A stretch of DNA of 64,000 nt from NCBI GenBank assembly GCA_028717685.1, contig JAQUNI010000001.1, positions 207,451 to 271,450 of the forward strand, given 5' to 3'. This DNA comes from Patescibacteria group bacterium. Lineage in GTDB: Bacteria; Patescibacteriota; JAQUNI01. Of this stretch, positions 60,616-64,000 are shown in pieces (positions within the stretch are counted from its first letter, which is position 1; each line of letters opens with the position of its first letter). The notes below the pieces were generated by a model, which searched no databases, was not told the origin of the DNA, and worked only from the letters and a program-made list of their open reading frames with translations. The position numbers and the translations under genes were made by a program.

Positions 60616-61659
60616 TCAAAATTGTTCTAAAAACCTTAAATCATTCTGATAAAACATTCTCAAATCCGGAATCAGCAAACCTTCCTTCATTAAATAGCAC
60701 CTTTCTACGCCCCAACCAAAAGCAAAACCTGTCACACTCTCGGGGTCTTGGCCTCCGGCGCGCAACACATTGGGGTGCACCATCCCAGCGCCGCCCAATT
60801 CCGACCAACCCTGTTTGCAATAGCGGCAACCTTTTCCCCCGCATAAACCGCAGGTAACATCCACTTCAAAAGAAGGCTCGGTGAAACGGAAATGAAAAGG
60901 CCGCAACCTAATTTTGCGCTTTTCACCAAAAAATTCCCGACAGAAATATTCCAAAACACCCTTTAAATGCACGAATTGAATCCCCTGATCCACAACCAGA
61001 CCTTCAAATTGATGGAACATTGGCACATGATTAATATCAATCTGCCTTCTATAACATTTGGAAATATTCATCATCCGAATCGGCAAAGGATGGTTTTCCA
61101 TCTCCCGCACCTGACCCGAAGAGGTATGAGGGGTAAGAACAATTTTTTGACTGCTCTTTGTCTTCAATTTTGGGTTTTGCAAAAAGAAGGTTTCCCATTC
61201 ATCACGCGCGGGATGCCCAGAGGGCATATTTAAGGCTTCAAAGGCGTAATAATCAGTCTCCACTTCGGGATAACGCCGCCTCACAAAACCAATATCTAAA
61301 AATATTCTCTCAATCTCCCGAATCGCTTGGGTAACAAGATGCAGGTGTCCCCTCCCCATTTTTCTACTGGGCTGCGTAATATCAATAAAAATCCGGGCAT
61401 TAGAACTACCTACCGCCTTTCTTTTATCTTGAAATGCTGTCTCTAAATCACGTTTTACGCGGTTAGCGAATTGCCCTGCTTCCGGTTTTTCCGAGGCAGG
61501 CAAATCTTTAATTCCTTTTAACGCCTCTGCCAACTCTCCTTTGCGACCTAGATATTTGACGCGGAAAGATTCCAATTGAACATTGGATTGAATAGCGAGA
61601 AGATCTAATAAAGCTTTGCTTTTGATTGCTTCTAATTTTTCTCTTAATTTAAATGCCAT
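60616..61659 (-). CDS. pheS: Phenylalanine--tRNA ligase alpha subunit
   Basis: HPARD, FHQFEG, FRFTEPS, GFAFGWGVER. Confidence 0.97.
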   Translation of the reverse strand: MAFKLREKLEAIKSKALLDLLAIQSNVQLESFRVKYLGRKGELAEALKGIKDLPASEKPEAGQFANRVKRDLETAFQDKRKAVGSSNARIFIDITQPSRKMGRGHLHLVTQAIREIERIFLDIGFVRRRYPEVETDYYAFEALNMPSGHPARDEWETFFLQNPKLKTKSSQKIVLTPHTSSGQVREMENHPLPIRMMNISKCYRRQIDINHVPMFHQFEGLVVDQGIQFVHLKGVLEYFCREFFGEKRKIRLRPFHFRFTEPSFEVDVTCGLCGGKGCRYCKQGWSELGGAGMVHPNVLRAGGQDPESVTGFAFGWGVERCYLMKEGLLIPDLRMFYQNDLRFLEQF

Positions 61660-62029
61660 AACCCCTACTCATAAAATAAAATTCTAATAAACCTACGGAA
61701 ACGGCGAAGAGTGCCCCGTCCCACCAATTGAGAATCCGAAACTGCTGAAAGACCAAACACCCGACAATGACCGTCGCTAACAACACTGCCTGACGAAAAG
61801 CAACCCCAACATGGGCAAAAAGAATCTCATTATGCGAAAAACGAATCCGCAGAGCTAAACCCGTGAGTGTAAAAGTTCCCACCAAGCTAAAAAACAAACT
61901 TAAATGGAAACAAATTAAACCTACAATCCCCGCGGCCTCGGGATCAATATAGAAAAGAATTAAACCCCAAGCAGTCCAACAAAAAACCGTGGCGAACATC
62001 ATCCCAATGACGTATTTTTTCAAAGACAT
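61649..62029 (-). CDS. Four-TM hypothetical membrane protein
   Basis: Hydrophobic; YIDPE and AFRQAVLL motifs; overlaps the pheS start. Confidence 0.7.
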   Translation of the reverse strand: MSLKKYVIGMMFATVFCWTAWGLILFYIDPEAAGIVGLICFHLSLFFSLVGTFTLTGLALRIRFSHNEILFAHVGVAFRQAVLLATVIVGCLVFQQFRILNWWDGALFAVSVGLLEFYFMSRGYGI

Positions 62030-62311
62030 AAAACAAAGCAAAAATAAGGATTATTGTTCCCTTGACATTTCCTATTATAAATCATTTTTGAATCTTCCAC
62101 AAGGCTAGATTTATACACGAGAATAGCAGGAAATATAAGCAAGGGAAACACAATTTTGTCTCTTTTTATCCCTCCCCGTTCCATAGACTTTAAGCTAGTC
62201 TAAAGCAAAAAAGCCCATTTTATGAGCTTTAAAAGCGCGGTTTATCCTTATTTATAATGAGACTCACAAAACTCCCTTGCCCATCCTCCCTCGTCCTCTA
62301 TTTTAAACCCC

Positions 62312-62821
62312 TTAAACTGAACTACCGGAGCGTCCCTCTGCCTTTTTTAGCTCACGATATTCTAAATAGGTCAAAACAATAATTACGATGTCAAAAACGG
62401 TCAGCAACACCAGCCAAAATGAATGATCGTAGCTAAACCGATAAATCTGGTACAGAATAAAAAGAAAGAAAAAAAATATCGCCAAGGGGTAAGCCCAAAG
62501 CTTTCGTTCGAATAAAGCAACAACTAAGAAAATTTTGATCACGCCATGAGAAAAAAGATAAATAGCGCTAAAGATTTGCGTGTTCAAAGAAAAATTCCGA
62601 GCAAAATTAACAAGATAGTGAGCAATAATATCCTGGGGATCTTCAACAAGTTCGCCTTGAGTCCATAACAAAATAAAGCGGTTGATCGCCGCTGGTTTAA
62701 TAACAAAGAGCAACCCCCCGCCAATGGTCTCTAAAAATCCATTAACGCCTTTTAAAAAAATACCAATGCTGAAGGCTTTATGAACGGCCGCTTTTGAGTT
62801 TAATTTTTTTTCTTTGCTCAT
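62312..62821 (-). CDS. DUF2127-family membrane protein
   Basis: LKGVNGFLETIGG, ELVEDPQD, YLFSHG, KLWAYP. Confidence 0.8.
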   Translation of the reverse strand: MSKEKKLNSKAAVHKAFSIGIFLKGVNGFLETIGGGLLFVIKPAAINRFILLWTQGELVEDPQDIIAHYLVNFARNFSLNTQIFSAIYLFSHGVIKIFLVVALFERKLWAYPLAIFFFFLFILYQIYRFSYDHSFWLVLLTVFDIVIIVLTYLEYRELKKAEGRSGSSV

Positions 62822-62828
62822 TCTGTTT

Positions 62829-63149
62829 TTAAAATAAATGACTCTGCAGCTCTGTAAGTTTGGCGCACCTGTATTCAGGGCAGTCTTTGCAATTTTTCAA
62901 ACCTCTACCCAAACCGCAAATCCTCACCGCGCACTCGCGGCAGTGGGCATACAAAGGCCCCTTGGACAGACAACCACGGCAATTAATCTCTTTGGGCTGA
63001 ACCGGCGGTTCTTGACTGCCTTTCATCTGATGCCGCGCCGTCCACTCGGCGGCTGTCTTCTTCCGCAGTTCATTATCATTATTTTTGGTAGCAATAAACG
63101 CAAGGCACGCGCCGCAATCCAAACCGCAGAAAGCAATATTTTTTGGCAT
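62829..63149 (-). CDS. DUF3795-family Cys-rich protein
   Basis: AFCGLDCGAC, CRGC, C..CAVRIC, NCKDCPEYRC. Confidence 0.8.
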   Translation of the reverse strand: MPKNIAFCGLDCGACLAFIATKNNDNELRKKTAAEWTARHQMKGSQEPPVQPKEINCRGCLSKGPLYAHCRECAVRICGLGRGLKNCKDCPEYRCAKLTELQSHLF

Positions 63150-63206
63150 AGAAATTATTATTTTAGGACTTTCGCATCTGGTAACAATTAAATTGAATAT
63201 ACTTAT

Positions 63207-63328
63207 TGTCATTCCCGTCCGCCTTAGGCGGAGGAATCCAGGATTAGTGCTATTAACCTGGATCCCTGAGCCTACTTCGCCGAAGTCCGCCCCAGGCGGA
63301 CGAAGGCTGAATCAGGTCGGGAACGACA
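63207..63328. repeat. GTCATTCCCG...GGGAACGAC REP-like palindrome with nested TCCGCC/GGCGGA hairpins
   Basis: gtcattcccg..gaatccagg..cctggatcc..cgggaacgac. Confidence 0.65.
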
Positions 63329-63474
63329 GCAGATGCGAAAGTCCTAATTTATTTTTTCGGCCCAAGGCCGATCAGCCTCGGGCTGATAATTTTAAATATC
63401 TTACCGTGCCCTTAGAATAATATAGTCGGCTAATGAGCTTCTTTACTTTTTAAGCAAGATCATTTAATGTTTAG

Positions 63475-63993
63475 TTGATAGAAAAAATTGCAACAATTAA
63501 AGAAAAGGGAGGGATTGAGTTGAATGATGTTGATGCTTTGTCTTTACCTGTATCTAAACAAGAAACTGATTTGGCAATACTGTTTGAAATCCCTGAGCGT
63601 AAAAGTTCGGAAAAACCAGGACGGATTTTGCAAATGATTTGGGATAAAAGATTCCCCCTTGTTAAAGGAATGGCAGGCGCTTATATGTATACTGTAACGA
63701 TAACATCGGGAGGCGCAAGACCGGGCAACCATTACCACAAAAAAAGAAAAGAGATTTATTTTGTTCTTTCGGGTATAGTTGAAGTGTTCTTGGAAAATAT
63801 TGCAACAAGAAAACAACAGAGATGTTCCTTGGGTGATAAGCCGCAAGCGCTTTACATTAAACCGGGAGTCGCGCATGTAGTAGTTCCTCATGCAGAGCAT
63901 TCTATCCTGTTGGTGGTAGCTGACAGTCCGAATTCGGATGGAGATGAATTTGGATATGAGATATCTAAGCAGACTTTAACTGATACCGCTTAA
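63475..63993 (+). CDS. Cupin (WxcM/sugar isomerase-like) protein; start may be TTG 63520
   Basis: PGNHYHKKRKEIYFVLSG, IKPGVAH; SD AGGAGG before 63520. Confidence 0.7.
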   Translation: MIEKIATIKEKGGIELNDVDALSLPVSKQETDLAILFEIPERKSSEKPGRILQMIWDKRFPLVKGMAGAYMYTVTITSGGARPGNHYHKKRKEIYFVLSGIVEVFLENIATRKQQRCSLGDKPQALYIKPGVAHVVVPHAEHSILLVVADSPNSDGDEFGYEISKQTLTDTA

Positions 63994-64000
63994 TTCAAGG

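Overview
This is a 64-kb chromosomal segment of a Patescibacteria/CPR-like bacterium, probably Parcubacteria-type. That placement is inferred from the short EF-Ts, the short PheT, SD-less core genes and the gene set; standard code 11 is used. Most genes are housekeeping: rplJL, rpmG plus 4 tRNAs, rpsB-tsf, rpmE-prfA-prmC, rplY, rodA, dnaE, thrS, miaB/miaA, gatB, dCMP deaminase-thyA-folA, secE-nusG-rplK-rplA, gyrB and pheST. Three features stand out. (1) About 25 AT-rich palindromic elements with arms of 7-nt tandem repeats, in several sequence families, fill gene junctions and invade coding sequences. Two of them enclose a four-helix-bundle (23S-IVP/Avd-like) gene and the rest are empty. (2) A five-gene operon (15437-19906) combines a SipW-type signal peptidase, TasA-like paralogues sharing an N-terminal (F/Y)EAHVxxVTA strand and an LPxxG sortase-anchored paralogue. 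A sortase lies about 8 kb away, so this is a candidate CPR surface fibre. (3) miaA has no canonical start upstream of its P-loop and is separated from miaB by a 1.9-kb opposite-strand block of four orphan genes. The window also holds GC-rich REP-like families, candidate sRNAs, DnaA-box-like promoter motifs and a secreted caspase-family protease. All calls come from reading motifs by eye; no searches were run.
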